Below are positions 1 through 16,044 of a stretch of 64,000 nt of DNA, one piece after another. Made by a program: the position numbers and the translations under genes. Every line of letters starts with the position of its first letter. The stretch's first letter is position 1. The notes beneath the pieces were generated by a model, which was given only the letters and a program-made list of their open reading frames with translations, was not told the origin of the DNA and did no database searches. The stretch spans positions 12,276,001 through 12,340,000 of the forward strand of contig CM022673.1 of NCBI GenBank assembly GCA_012295275.1, in the 5' to 3' direction. This DNA comes from Chrysomallon squamiferum (Eukaryota; Animalia; Mollusca).

Positions 1-5
1 ATTGC

Positions 6-44
<39 letters not shown>

Positions 45-646
45 GTAAAGCAGTTGTGGGTCCTTATCCCCCTCTTTCTCTCCTTTCCTTCCTCTCTCTC
101 TTCAAATTAATAAATTTAAAAATATTAAGATATTTAAAAAAAAAAAAAGCACCTATTTCTTCACCTATCAATGTCGTTACACTTTTTAAACTGATAAATC
201 TTCGGCTGACGGAACATCATGACATCTCCGCAGTAATAGAACAAAACAAAAACAAAAAAAAGATCAATGCTGTTGCAGATCGAGACGTAAGTCTGTTGTA
301 GAGACTGCTACCCGAGAAGCTTCGAAATACGAGCTCTTACAGTTTCAAGGTTGCCTGCGAGCGACAAAATAAATAACTGTAGAGATGCCATATTGTTAAT
401 CTTTCAAGGGTTTTATTTTTACATTTCATTACAACTAATATTACCAAAAAAAAAAAGAAAAAATATATACATTCATCTATACGAACTTGTATACATGTCA
501 TCTGTAAAGATTTCTTGGTGAATGTTATTATTAACAGAGGTTAATAATATCAATGAAATAATTTATCTGGCAGTATACACACGATGTTTCATTTTGTGTT
601 ATTTGAATGCAGTTGAACAATGCAAGCTATAAATAATATCAACGAC

Positions 647-712
<66 letters not shown>

Positions 713-1417
713 AAGAAACAATCAGTAACACTCTCACAGAACGAATAACAAAAATATTATTTTTCGTAATCATCATCCTCCCACTCGAGTTTCTTTTTCT
801 CTTTTTAAATTCCGCCTTCGCTACAAACCACCATCCATCTTCTGTTAAAATAATTAATCTGCATGTAAGAGAAAACGTACATCTAAACAAATCGGAGACA
901 GGTGCGTTGTTCACTGCACGTTCGGCTTACACGTTCAAGCAGATTTCTACAATGTGGCGAATCGTATCTTCGCGATTTTACATAAATTACACAAACTGGA
1001 GAACACAAACTGATGTTTTTAAATCGTGTTAGAAAGCAAGGGCGGTTCCAGATGTTTTTTTTTTTTTTTTTTTTTTTAAACGATTTATTATTATTGTTGT
1101 TGTTGTTGTTGTGTTGTCGTTGGGTTGTTGTTGTTGTTGTCCATAACTGAAAACATTTTATTTTAAAAGGTGTAGTTACCATCAAGCTGAAATTTATTCC
1201 CCATTCCTCATGTCTGGAAAATACACACCCGAGTTTCTTAAAAATCTTCGGATTGGTAAAGATACAGTGAACCACATTTGATAGGAAGGGAAACTGTATA
1301 TTAAAGTGCAGACGTGTTGTATGTGGAAACAATTCATTTACTTGCTACAAGATCTAATTGCATAACTAGTAGCAAAATGTTCGACAGATACATGTGCATA
1401 TATCTAGATAGCTCTCG

Positions 1418-1457
<40 letters not shown>

Positions 1458-2737
1458 ATATATATATCTGTTTAAGCCTTTATATTTCATTTGTGGAGAG
1501 TTTAGATTGTGGAAATTTGATAAGGATGACAAATATATTTTTTCCTCATTCATTTTAAGGAAACAGTTTCTTTTTTGTTTTTTGTATACGCTTTTTTTTT
1601 TTGTTTTTTTTTTTTTTTTTTTTTTTTCATTAAAATAAAATGAGACTATGGTTCATTCCTCTTTTTTTTTTTTTTTTTTAAATTTATTATCATCTCAGTC
1701 ATTTCTTAAATTCTTAACTTTGAAAAGAACAATAAACCAAAAAGTAAAAAATAAAATATCTAAAAATAAAAATAAAAATTTAAAATAAACCAAAAAGTAA
1801 AAAATAATAAATCTAAAAATAAAAAAAAATAAAAAAAAAATAAAATAAATAAACCAAAAAGGAAAAAAAAAAAATTAAATAAATAAAAAATCTTGAACTC
1901 GTTTTTGGATAAAAAATATATTTTTAAAAAAGATATACTTTATAAGTTATCCAAAATATCAGCTGGCTAGTTCAACTATCTATTTGTGGCGCACTGGAAA
2001 TTCTTTTAGCCTAAAAGGAATGTCGGCGTGCACGTGTGTGGGCGCTGGTAACATCTAGAACCCTCTAATATCAAGAATTTTCCTACAACCGGTGTAATCG
2101 GCTTTTTGCGGTTCTTCTCGGGTAACTGTTGCTCGTTATTTGGACTGGCAAATCTACAGGGCCAAAAAGGTCGCATTCTGTTACGTTAAGATCATCGCTC
2201 AAAAGAAATTCGACATTTTATTTCTTTGCTTTGAAAATGACAGCAGGAATTCAATTTTTTTTTTTTTTTTTTACTGCTGTACTCAATACACTTTTAATCT
2301 GTAATATACTGTCATACATATGAGAATGGTAAAAGGTGGGGTCGCTACTATTTTGCTATATAATTATAGTAAACCAAATTTTATATGGTTGGTTATCTGT
2401 TCTTCAAGATTATACATTAAAAAGTTTATCATGCAATGTTATGCGTATTTACTTAATGAAGAAATAATTACGTATTTAATATTAATGCTAATTTACTTGG
2501 TGTCAAAACTTTTTAAATGGTGTTGTTGTTGTTGTTGTTATTATTATTACTGAATAAACAAAACAACACAAAATATGTGAAAACACACACGCAGTACAAG
2601 TATATATATATATATAAAAAACCAGGAAAATTATTTTTAAAATTTAAAACACTGAAACCGTAAAATCAAAAAAACAACTTACCAAATCTGGACAAATTTA
2701 AATTAAATAATACAAAGTTAAATAAATGAATAAATAA

Positions 2738-2804
<67 letters not shown>

Positions 2805-3351
2805 AAAAAAAAAAAACCAAAATCTAAGAGAAAAAGGAAGATAACAAATTTGAAAATCAAAATCGCAACGAAAGAATTTATGACCGGATCTGTGCGCGTG
2901 CGAATGAACCCAGCAGCTCGTAATGACTGACACAAAGCTAATTTGTGCTTATGTGAAGATCGGCTTCATCGCAACAAAACTAGCAGCCAGTAATGAAAAC
3001 AAAATGCAAACTAGCCGACCAGTAAGTAGTCAACTTTTCGAGGCTTTAGAGCAATCCTGCTAATTTCCCGTTTCAGGCAGCACGCCAAACCGAACAATGA
3101 GGAAATGTCATTCCGAGAAAAAGCAAAGGCACTACATTGATTTTCTAGACTCAGAGGGAATATGCACGTGGTTCAAAACAAATGAATTTGTTTACTAGTC
3201 GTCTTGTGGAATGTTACTGCATAATTAGGAATCGGAAAGATAAACGTGTGGAGGAAAACAGCGAGGGGGAGAAGGACGGAGTGAAAAAAAAGGAGATGAG
3301 AGAAAATGTTATGTGTGCGTTTGTGTTTATATCTGACGTTAGAGTGTGTGT

Positions 3352-3393
<42 letters not shown>

Positions 3394-4857
3394 GTAATTA
3401 TATTACAACCTCCGTGAATATCTGCTATTTAACAGTCAATTATAGCTTCTTGTAATTATTTTAAACTTGATAACCATTATATATTAATAATTTAACAGGG
3501 CATGGATTGTGTCTAAGCCAACGAGTTTATATATGTGTGTACGTGCGAATTATTTTTATCACTAACTGTGCACAAAAAAAAAAAAAAAAACAACGATTAA
3601 ATAGCAGTTATTATGCATCAAACTTACTTCTCGTGCATTAATTTCGAACAAAAAATTTATGTGGAAACTCACAGCCCATACTATATTTACGATCAAACCT
3701 AAGATCGTTATAAATACAGTCTCCCACTGAGCAGAAGTGAAAGATACAGAGCGTAGCAGATTATCAGTAAAGGTTAGAGTGGAAAAGATAGCACATATTT
3801 CAGATAGAAAACGTCTTGTATTCATTTTTAAAATATTATAGGCCTTATTTAGTTTTTCCTTCAGTCAAAATAATTAATGTTATTTGGAACATTTTTTAAA
3901 ATTTGAGAAATTAGGTAATTTAAGTTTTTACCGATCTCAGATTTATCATAAACACAGCATTTATATTGCAGGCCTTCTCTGGTTAGACTTTAAAACGCGC
4001 AGCTGTCGAGTTCGTGTCTCAGTAGTGCTCTACCAGTGAAATATGATATTATCGTTTTTACTTTCATTCGCCAACTCAACATGGGCAGACAACTGAGGCT
4101 TTGAACCATTACAATATGCTTGAACATTCAGTAACTGTTTGATTAATCAAAATAATTTTATATTCTCTGCACTTGTTTTTCTTCTGTATCTTCTATTCTA
4201 ATTTTGGTAAGCATTTGTTTATTATTTATCTTCCCGTTCACTAATCTTCTTATTTATTTATTTTTAATTCTAATTTTGTTTGCACTTGTTTGTTGTTTTT
4301 CCTCCATTATCTAATACAGAGGAGCCACATCTCTTAAAACCAGTGCAGACGATAAACGGTGCACTTTAATAGACGATCCTGTTAATACCGGTTTGAAAGG
4401 AAATGTAATAGAGATAAAAATATATGAGCCATATAAAAAGTAGTTTCACGAAAGTTAGCAAGTATCGCGTTGGTTTAATGATACTGTTGTGTCTCTGGTA
4501 GCAAGAAATACAGTTTGTTTTTAACTATGCAGCAATTTACCACTCAAGATTGTCCGAAACTCTGAACACCACTTGCAGATATGTATCAAAGAGTTTATAA
4601 GGGGCGATAAATCAAAGCTTGTCATAGGTTAATGTTTACTACATTTTTTTTTTTTATTTTCCCGAAATTACCTTTCAAAAAGTAACGATTTTTTGTCTTT
4701 TAATAAGTAAATTCCATTCCGAGTAAGAAAAAAAAAAAAAAAAAAAAAAACGTGAAAGAAAACAAATGCAAGTGAAATGCCAAAAAAATAAATAAAAATA
4801 AAATAAAATACAAAATAAAATACAAAAAATAATAGTAATAAATAATAATAAAATAAA

Positions 4858-4888
<31 letters not shown>

Positions 4889-5212
4889 TTTTTTAAAAAT
4901 AATAATAATAAAAGTAATAAATTAATAAGATAGAAAGAATAAAAAATAAATAAATTTTTTATGTAACACAAAATACAAATAAACTCATTCTCCTTTATTG
5001 ATACACTCTCTCATTCACACACAGTCACCCATTCACTTTAACACTCTTACTCTCACTTACTGTGTATGTACGAGGGTATGTCTGTAAATCTGTCACGTAC
5101 ACATAACTACAAATGGCGAACCAATAAATTCAGATATAAGTAAGCAAAATATTTTCCAAACGAAACACCATTTACCAATAAAAATAATAATAATAATAAT
5201 AATAAAAAAATA

Positions 5213-5254
<42 letters not shown>

Positions 5255-6226
5255 TAAATAAAATAAAAAAAAAATAAATAAATAAATAAATAAGAAATAA
5301 AATGGGCTTTTTTTATTCTTTTTTTCTATTTCAAATTCAGAACGTCGTTGCATAGAAAGCAGACGACAAAGAGACAGCTCGGCTCAGGAACACGACACGT
5401 GGCGCCCCAGAGTCACACAACTCACAGACACTGCAATCAACGAGACATACTCCAATAACATCAAGTAATTGATTTTCTAAAACCGTTGCATTACCACTCT
5501 GCCGTTGCTATGGGAATTTCCTGTTTTCTCGCTCGGTGTAATTGTACAAAAACTAAACAGAATATCACACACGCAAAAAAATAATAAATTAAAACAAATA
5601 TATACAAAAAAAATTAATATATCATTCTGATTTAAGAAATACATCAAATATGCATACCTGTTTGATATGAGGAATATCCGACACGTATCCTCGGACGATC
5701 CCGCACTTGTTTCGAATAATATTATGCTAGCTCGGCAATGTCCGTCACTAGCGAACAATCTACGTCGATGATCTACCACCACAGGAATGCTGAGTATCTT
5801 TGAATTCTCTCCAGATCTATGTAACAAGCAGCAGTACAGTCATCGCATAATAATAATACATATTAATCCTCTGCAATAAGCTAGAGATGAAAAAACAAAA
5901 AATAGAACTATTACAGACGAACTTGCCTTTTTAAGCATTAAAAATAACTACTCGAAAATAATCGGAGAATTTTTAGTTCAGCAGATGGAATGTATCTTGT
6001 GAATAGAAGTCTGAGTCTTGTTTAGAACCGACAGCCTTGCAGATAAGATAGAATGTGTGCACGGCTTTCGGTGAAGATGATAAAACCGTGTTTGTGTATT
6101 GGCAACTGTATTAGCAGACAGGCTATGAGTTCTGTAAGGCAATAACCTCCCACTGCAGATAATCTGCTCTGAAACACGTGGGTTACGCAACCGTGCGCCT
6201 TAAGTGTGAATGTTCATGTTTGCAGT

Positions 6227-6469
<243 letters not shown>

Positions 6470-7310
6470 GTGTATATCAGATCGACAGAAAAAAAATGAA
6501 ATAATGTTATAACAATGTGCGTGGGCGTGCATGTTTGCAAGTGTGTGAAGTACTTTAATTTACTATTAGACTTTTTTTTAGACTTGTTTTTGAGGTTATT
6601 ATTATTATTATTGCTACTATTACGTCTTCTTTTACGACGACAACAGCAACAACTGTAACTCTATAACAATATTGCAGTACTTGTTGTTGATGTTGTTTTA
6701 TCATCATCATCCTCATCACTATTATTATTATTATTGATGTTGCTGTTATTGTTTATCTTCTTCTTCTTCTTCATCTTCTTCTCCATCCTCTTCTTCTTAT
6801 TATTATTATTGCTTTTTTCAAAATAGTTTTAATAGTTTCGTTTCTATTTTTATTTCTTCGTTTAGGTCTATTTTTTTTTTTTTTTTTTACTTCATATTCT
6901 TCTTCTTTTTTTTTTTTCTCCTTGTTTCTTCTTTTTTTATACGTATGTAATATAAAAAATGTACATCTGTTTATAGCAGCTCTATTAAATATCTGGGTGT
7001 ACGTGATTCTACGATAAATACCGTAGCTTCAATTTCAGCAATGAAAATAATCAAAAACGAGTGTTCTTGAAAAAAGAGGTTAGTACAGACCAAATCTTGA
7101 ACAGAAGAAGATCCTTTGTTTCCAAACATTTACAACTCGCACTCAATACATCTGGTAGAAATTACAGTTGGAAACTAAAATATAAAAATAATGACATCTG
7201 TCTGTATAGCTTCCTTCCCAGATTACAGTTCTGTTGAAGCATGATACATCGTGTGAGGAAATTAGTAATAACAAAATAATCATAATATTGACATTTATCT
7301 CTGCCACTTG

Positions 7311-7345
<35 letters not shown>

Positions 7346-7674
7346 AATGTATTTGGAAAATAGAATAAGTATATGATATAAATTATATTTTGATGTGTCT
7401 GTGTATGTATGTATATATGTATATGTAAGTATTTTAAAAATATAAATATTAATAAATATAAAAAATTAAAAAAAAATAATAATAAATAATGATGATGATG
7501 ATAATAATAATACGTAAAATAATAATAATAATAATAAATAAAATAATAATAATAATAATAAATAAATAAATAAATAAATAAATAAATAGAGGGAGGAATA
7601 AACTGATCACTGACGAACAGAAACTCTAATGTGTGCGTTGTTCTTGCTTTTGCTGTTGTTTTTATTGTTGCTTA

Positions 7675-7716
<42 letters not shown>

Positions 7717-7848
7717 AAAATCTGTCTATGCAATGTGCATGTCAATTTCATTAATGTTAACTATTTGTTTGCAAAAATTTAAACTTATTTTTTTATTTTG
7801 ATTTTAAAAGTTTATTTATTTAATCATTAGTTTCTTTTTCTAATTATA

Positions 7849-8420
7849 CAGTATACCCTCACCTGTTCGCGGTTCCCCATTCGCTTTCGTTTAGTGTGTA
7901 TGTGTTGGCGAGCGTCATAACGTCATAAAACAAATGCTTTATCAAATTTTTTCAATTATTATTGCAATACAGTTTTTTTTTTATGTACAGTGCATATTTT
8001 TTGTGACCGTGTATTAATAATGTTTTTAATTGCATTTATTACTGATTTGTATTATTATTACCTGAACTGTGCGTATTATTTATCTGTCTGTTTGCCTTTA
8101 AATTTGTTCCACTTTCTGTCAATTCTAATATGTTGTACGCATAGAAAATGACTTTACGGTACAGTAATACAGTATGGGTAACTATGCTATGCGTGTTACT
8201 TCCTCCTGTATTACGTTTCTTTCTGATTAAAATATTTGTTTCAGTACAAAATTAAAATGTATTTTAAATCATTATTACATTATGTGTTTTTTATTACTTC
8301 TTGATTTTTTAAAATGTTTGGGAAGCATTTATTTATTTGTCATAATCTTTTAAAACTGCATCCAATTTTCGCGGTTTTCGCTATTCAAAGAACAGAACCC
8401 CCGCAATATCGAGGGAATAT
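7849..8420. mobile_element. Degenerate Tc1/mariner-pogo type MITE
   Basis: TA|CAGTATACCCTC... left end and decayed ...GAGGGAATATA right end; subterminal TTCGCGGTT motifs near both ends. Confidence 0.55.
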
Positions 8421-8601
8421 ATATTTTTCGGTATTGGGAAAGAAAAGTGTGGTTGTAGACCTGCGAGATTAATATATACCGCTCTATTATGTTGTTACGC
8501 ATCAATGACAAATATAACCTTGTAACAGTTTAACCATTTTTTCAGCCGTAAATAGCAACAATAATTATATTGAAATTGTGTAAACGTCCATTTGTACTAA
8601 T

Positions 8602-8668
8602 ATGACTGATGGTTTTGGAATAATCACTTGGTGGGGTTTCAGCCCTGCTCTAGATTTACAAGAAAAGG
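8602..8668 (+). CDS. DNAAF3: DNAAF3 exon 1 ([22 protein letters not shown])
   Basis: ATG at 8602; donor GTAGGC; conserved [10 protein letters not shown] motif. Confidence 0.93.
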
Positions 8669-9102
8669 GTAGGCTTCACTTTAAAAGTTAATACAAGAAG
8701 TTTCATAGCCAATAATAATAATGTGTTGCGGCAGTATATTTCCGTGATATCTGATTTTCCGTAATTATTCACAAAAGTGAAATAATTTTATATAATGTAG
8801 GAATTGCTTTCTCAACTATATATGCTGTGTCGTTGTTCTTACAACATTAAAACTAAAATGTTCAGTTGTCATATATTTTCTATGAATTCATTGTTAATTT
8901 ATTAATATTCAGGTATCCTCGAAACGCTTGAAAAGTTGAATTTGAAAGAAGAATCTTTTCCAGGTTTGTTTATTCAATATTGGTATGAGAGATTTTGTGT
9001 GTGTGTGCGTGCGTGTGTGCGTGCGTGCGTGCGTGTGCGTGCGTGTGTGTGTTTTTCTGTGCCTGTGTTTCTGTGCCTGTGCCTGTGTCTGTGTATGTGT
9101 AT

Positions 9103-9144
<42 letters not shown>

Positions 9145-11361
9145 TAGAGAGAGAGAGATAGAGAGAGAGATTTTAATTAAAATCTTAACTGTATTAATAT
9201 ATTCAATATAGTTTCAGTCTCTGAATAATTTATGTATTTTGTTTATATTTAATTTTTAATTAATATTTCCAAAATGTTGTTAGTAGCATTAGTAGTAGTA
9301 GAACTTGAATTATTACCTGCTTAATTTTTACTGAAAAAATAAATGCTTGGTTCACATATATTTATTATAATTGTAGTTATCAATTTGTTGCTTTTTGATA
9401 TATTTCAGATGAAGTTAATATGTTGCTTGTTGGAGCTGGAGACATTCGTCACATTTTGAAAACTGTAGCTCAGAGAGGCAGACACAAACACAGAAAGATA
9501 AATGTAAACAAAAAATATCTTTTTTTTAGCACTTAATTTTCAGGTGTAGTTCTAGGGGCAGTGGTTGAGAGGATCTGGTCTCCTCCCTGTTTATTATGTT
9601 CAACATTGGATTCATTACACAAGACAAGAAACATTTTTCTATTTTTTTTCTCTTTACATTCATGAACATTCTTAGAAATTAAAAATGAATAAATAATAAA
9701 AATCCATCAAATATCACTTCTTCTTATCAGCTTTGATGTCATTTTCTGTTGTTCTAAATAGTAGTTTAGTATTGTGAATTGCTCAACTTTCCCTTTATTA
9801 AAATATCTTCTGAATATACACAAATTTAATTCTTGAAAATGTTGTTAAGTTTTACTATTTTTGACATTAGTAATCAGTTTTAAAAGCAGTGAACTCAAAA
9901 TATGATCAAAATATATAAAGTAAAAAATAAAGTAAAGTAACTTACTTTATTTACATTATATTTTTGACAGTCATTAGCTGACACTGATTCTAGTGTATTT
10001 TATTTTTTAGTTTTATGTTGTGGAAACTGCACTGGAGTTGTATGCCAGAGATATTCTCTTTATGGCATTATCACTGGAGCAGCAGGCTAGAATGGGTCTT
10101 CAAGGTCAATAGTAACAAATAAATATTCTGTTTTCATTTATTACTGTCATTTTTAGTTTTTCAGGTACTTAACAGATTACTGAAAATTATCCTTTTGAGT
10201 GTTTTATTTAATTTTATTTTCAATTTTATCAATTGTTTTTTCTTTTTTCTTCAGTTAACTAAGAAACAAATTATTTTTGTTATTTATGCATTTTTAATTT
10301 AATTTTATAAATATATAGCAACTTAAGTTGTTACAATATAAATAGTTTATGCTTGTTCAGTTTGTTTTAGTTTATTACCTGTGTGACTCTTTTTTTTTCA
10401 GAAAAAATGGAATTGTTTCTTGAACTGTATGGGAACATTCTAGTAAGGGACCAGTCAATTCATTATGTGCAGAAAATGGCAAATTTATTTATTAAGTAAG
10501 ATAAATATTAAAATGTTTAAAAAAAAGAAAGAAGCAACATTAATCTAAAACAGAATTTTTCATCAACTAAAACAGAAAAGAAAAAAGAATGACTTAGAAA
10601 TAGACCTAATTTTTTTCATGAGTAATTTAATTTAAAAAAATAACAATTAGTTATAATAATTCTAGTATTAGTGGCAGTAATTAATGGGAGTAGTAGTAGT
10701 AGTGGTAGTAGTAATAGTAGTAGTAGTAGAAGCAATAGCAGTTGTATTATTAGTGATGGTGATGATGACAATAGTAATAATATTAATAATAATAGTAGTA
10801 GTAGTAGTTGTGGTACTAATAGTAGTAGTAGTAGTAGTAGCGGCTGCAGCAGCAATAACAATAACAATAACATTAATAATAATAATAATAATCAGTATCT
10901 TATGTTAAATTGTACTGTACACTGAAGATGGCAAATTAAAATCTGACTGCAAAATGTTTATAATAAAATTAATAAACAATAGTTACTTATTAGTAATCAT
11001 TATTGATTTGTTTAGATAGTGGTAAATATGACTGTATTATTATTATTATATTTGTTTTTTCACAGAATGGTGACAGACTTTGATTATTTGAAAGAAAAAT
11101 TACCTATTGTAGACATGTCCCAGTTAAAGGTAAAAATAAATAAAGCCATTAATTATTGTTAAATTTACAAATTGGATAATTTAGAAATTCATGAGTTTGT
11201 CTTAAACTGTGTCAATTTTTATTTATCCTGTGCTCATTTCAGATTTAACTTCAATGTAATAAAATACTGGTCATGGAGATTGAGAAAAATGATAGATTTT
11301 TTTTATTTGTAATTGTATTTGTAATTAATTTTTTCTTATATATATATACATATGCATATAC

Positions 11362-11452
<91 letters not shown>

Positions 11453-13978
11453 TATATATTTCAGTTTAAGGAGAGAGACATTTTGGAAAATATCTTCAAG
11501 GTATGGAGATCAACAGACACGGCTACATTTGATGCTGAGAAATGCTGGTAGGTTTTAACATGTTTAATATTAATAACATGAAAATACAGACACAAATTCA
11601 CTGGCCCTCACCACAGCATGCATGCATGTGCAGGTATCATATGTATGTTTTTTTTTACATTAATTATTAACATGTTGTCTCTAAAAGATTAAATCAATCT
11701 ATTATAATTACATATATATGAATGCATGCACATAGACAAGGTCATCAGTTCTTGTGTTTGTTTGTTTGTCTGTCAGTCTCTCTGTTTTATTTCCTTTCTA
11801 TTTCCTAGTATATTTGTTTATTTTATTGCAAATTTGTTTTTCCAGGGACCTGCGACTGCGACAGTATTTAGGTACAAGGTATGACTATAAAGCAAATGCA
11901 TTTGACTGGGACTATCACATGAAGTTGTGTGATCGAGGTGTAAGTTAGACTTAATAATTTTTCAAAAATATTTTTAAAAATGTTTGTAAAGATGACATTA
12001 CCCAGCAGTTTTCATTATTAATATTAAAACTGCTACAAATCTAGAATATATATATTACAGGTACCAGACCAAATTATCTGGACTCCTTGGGGACTCAGGC
12101 ATTCTGGATTTCTGGATTTTCCAGTTTTCTGGTAACCAGGGCATCTAAATATGTAAACAATTAGGCATAAACATTTTAAAATTTAAAAAATTAAAGAGAA
12201 TTGAGGAATCACAACTGTGGCAACTCGACACATAAACAATGTGGTGAGTGAATGAATGCCAAGCGGCTTGAAAGAGTAGTTTTGGTCTGGTGAGGACAAC
12301 ACCCGCGTGTGTGAACTATTAAAATAGCGTCGGAGAAAAAACTTCTGGTTTACTGATCTTTCCGGATTTCCAGACGCCAGATAATTGGTCTGGTACCTGT
12401 ATTTATGTTGTCAATCTGTAAAAATTAAACATTTGAAATTTATTTTTTATTGTTTGTTTGTCCGTTTGGTTGTCTGTTTGTTGATTTGTTTGTGTATTTT
12501 AAATTATTTTATTTTATTTTATTTTATTTTATTTTATTTTATTTTATTTTATTTTATTTTATTTTATTTTATTTTATTTTATTTTATTTCATTTCATTTC
12601 ATTTATTTTTTTTTTATTTTATTTCATTTTGGTATTTCATTTCATTTTTTTTTTTTATTTTTTATTTTTATTTTTTTTTTTTTTTTTTTTTTTATTTATT
12701 TGTAGGGAGGTATTATTAGGAAGAGTGAATATCAGAAATGGAGAAATTCTGGAATTGCTTTTGAGATCCGAGAAGGAACTTACGACACACCCAACAAAAC
12801 CCTGGCCTCAACAATGGTGTTTAAACAGGTAATGTGAATACAACTTAAACAGTTCAGATAAACAAATAATATACACAATTAGTAAATAAACATGTTTGAA
12901 AATAAAGTAACTGTATTTATCCTGTAAGATATAATATTATAAGTGTAGATCAAACAAGTGGAAATAGCAACAACAAGAAATCTTCATGGAATTATTAAAT
13001 TATTTTCAGACTTTATTATTATTAAAGGCTGATATCCCATGTCAAATAAAACAAAATATACATAAGACTATTTATTCAGACCATCACAGATACATTTTAA
13101 CAAGAAACAAATGAAACAATCAAATGAAATATTAAACATTGTGACTGAAACTTTTTTATAAATTCTAAACACATATACCATGCTTATCCACACCAAAGGA
13201 ACTTTTGAACAAAATACAGATTTTTAGAAATAACCTAGTTATATACATATATGACCAAATATAAACAAGATTTTTTAGAAATAATATAGTTATATACCAA
13301 ATATATTAAAGCTATAAATAAATAAATATTACCAAAAGTACTTTTTAACAAGATATGGATTTTTTTTAAAACATCTTGGTTGTACACAAAATGTATAAAA
13401 GTTACAATATTATGTTGAAGCTAGATTTTAGATTATATATATTTTTATTTATTGTTTCTAGTCAGGAGAAAACTTTCCAAGGCGTGGTTACTGGGGTGAC
13501 ATTGTGGTGAGTCCATTCATCAGTCTGGGGGTGGAGACAAAAGAAAAATCTTTTTATAAGAAACAAAATGACATATATGTAAAGGTAAGCAGGAGATTTA
13601 ATTTTTAAATTTTAATTTTAATTTTAATTTTAATTTTAATTTTAATTTTAATTTTAATTTTAATTTTAATTTTATTTTTAATTTTATTATTATTATTATT
13701 ATTATTATTTTTTTTTTTTTTTCATTACAATGTAAAATAATATCTATCTCAAAAAATAAGATATTAGTGTAACATTTTTATCCCCAATTGATTTTGTTTT
13801 TTAATCATTGTTGTTGTTACTTGTCAATTTTCATTTTGCAATGAATTAAATTTTTAAACATACTTGTGTGTTCTGATAAAAAGTGTGTATATATATATAT
13901 GGTTTAATGTTTAAATTAAATTTAAAGAAACACATAAGCAAAATGAAATTAAAAAGAATTAGTCTAAACATTTAGATA

Positions 13979-14019
<41 letters not shown>

Positions 14020-15125
14020 ATTAATTCATTTCTGTTTTCAGGCAGCTGAAGATATCTCTGCTTTCAATGTAATCTCCATGTTTCACGAAATAGCCACTGG
14101 TCAGCAATATGAGCTTCCAAAAGTGGAAGAGAAAGATGAACCAGATGAGGAAAAACTCACTGGTAAAACATATCTATTTTTATTTTTAATTTTCAATTTA
14201 TTTTTATTTTTTTAAAAGAAAGAACAAGTATAATTTATTTAAAGAGACAAATACAATTTATTTATAGAAACAAATACAATTTATTTAAAGAAACAAATAC
14301 AATTTATTTAAATAAACAAATATAATTTATTTAAATAATAAAATATTCCATAGAATTAACATGCAAAGTAAATAATTCTGTAGACCAGAAAAAAACAAAA
14401 CAAGTTATTTTGTTCAAAATAATGTAAATCATTTTTGTAATTAAGGCATTACTTGTAATGACTGATATCAGAAACAGACTGTGATATATATGTGTTTATG
14501 TGTGTATATGCATGTATAACAACAGAAAGGAATTAAAACAATCAACAAATGAACAGACCATTGTGATAGCCACTTATGTACTGTAACATGCTGTCTGATG
14601 TCATATGATGTCATATATGATATATTATATTTATTATGTTATATTATATTATATTATATTATGTTATGTTATGTTATGTTATGTTATATTATATTATGTT
14701 ATGTTATGTTATGTTATGTTATATATTATATTATATTATTTTATATTATATTATATTATATTATATTATTTTATATTATATTATATTATATTATATTATA
14801 TTATATTATATTATATTATATTATATTATATTATATTATGATATATTATATTATATTTATTATGTTATTTTATGTTGTGTTGTATTAAATGCAGTATTGG
14901 CAGTGATGGTTAAGACAAAAAAGTGTGGAGAGCATTAAAATAAACATAACAAATTTTTTATTTTCAGAAATTACAGAGGAAGATGAAGATGAAGAAAATA
15001 AAGAAGAAAATGAAGTCGCAGAGAGTCCTGAATCTGAACAGACAGAAACCAAAGCACCCCTAGACGTGGAATATGGTACACTGAATTTTAAATATTATAT
15101 TTGATATTAAAAAACATTCTCATTT

Positions 15126-15158
<33 letters not shown>

Positions 15159-15241
15159 TTGATTTTTTAAGGTATTTATTTGTAGGTTTATTTTCTTGAG
15201 TTTTTATTTTATCTTATCTTTATCTTGCAGTATTATTCAGT

Positions 15242-15282
<41 letters not shown>

Positions 15283-16012
15283 TATATATTTGCTTTATTG
15301 CTGTTGTTGTTGTTTTTGTTATTATTATTAATGCTTTTATTAATTAATTAATTAATTAATTTTTTTTTTTTATTTTTATTTATTAATTTTTTTATAAAAG
15401 TATTGTTATGGAAATATGCTACTATTTAAAAAGTTTCATCAAGCCCTGTTTGTAAATAGCAAGTTATTCAAACTGAGTTATTTCCCCTTCTTTTTTTGTA
15501 GCATTTATCACAATGTTGTCAATAAAACGTTTTACAGTATTTTTTTTTTTTTTTTTTTTTTTAATTAAATAATTTATTTACAGCACGTTTAATTACTAAT
15601 TTATTTATGTCTATTAATTTGTTTTTATTTATTTATTTTTATAAATACAATTTCAGAACCTCTGCCTGTGGAGGATGTCAAGATGATATTTCTACCAGTG
15701 GGTTGTCTCCCCGACATTGTGAAAAAAGCAAAATATCAAAGACTGTTTCACCTGGCCTATTTCTCAAACAGGTAGATAAAATATACATTTAAAACATATA
15801 TTTTTAAAAATTATTATTATATATTAAATGAGCATAATAACAAAGTATTTAAGATTTTTTTTTTTTTTTTTTTTTGACATAATCTATAATCTATAACAGT
15901 GTGAATTTATATGTCATAATTATTTTTTTTCATCTATTTTTGAAATATTTTATTATTATTTTTATTATCATCATAATATTATCACATCCTCATTATTATT
16001 TAATTATTATTA

Positions 16013-16044
<32 letters not shown>

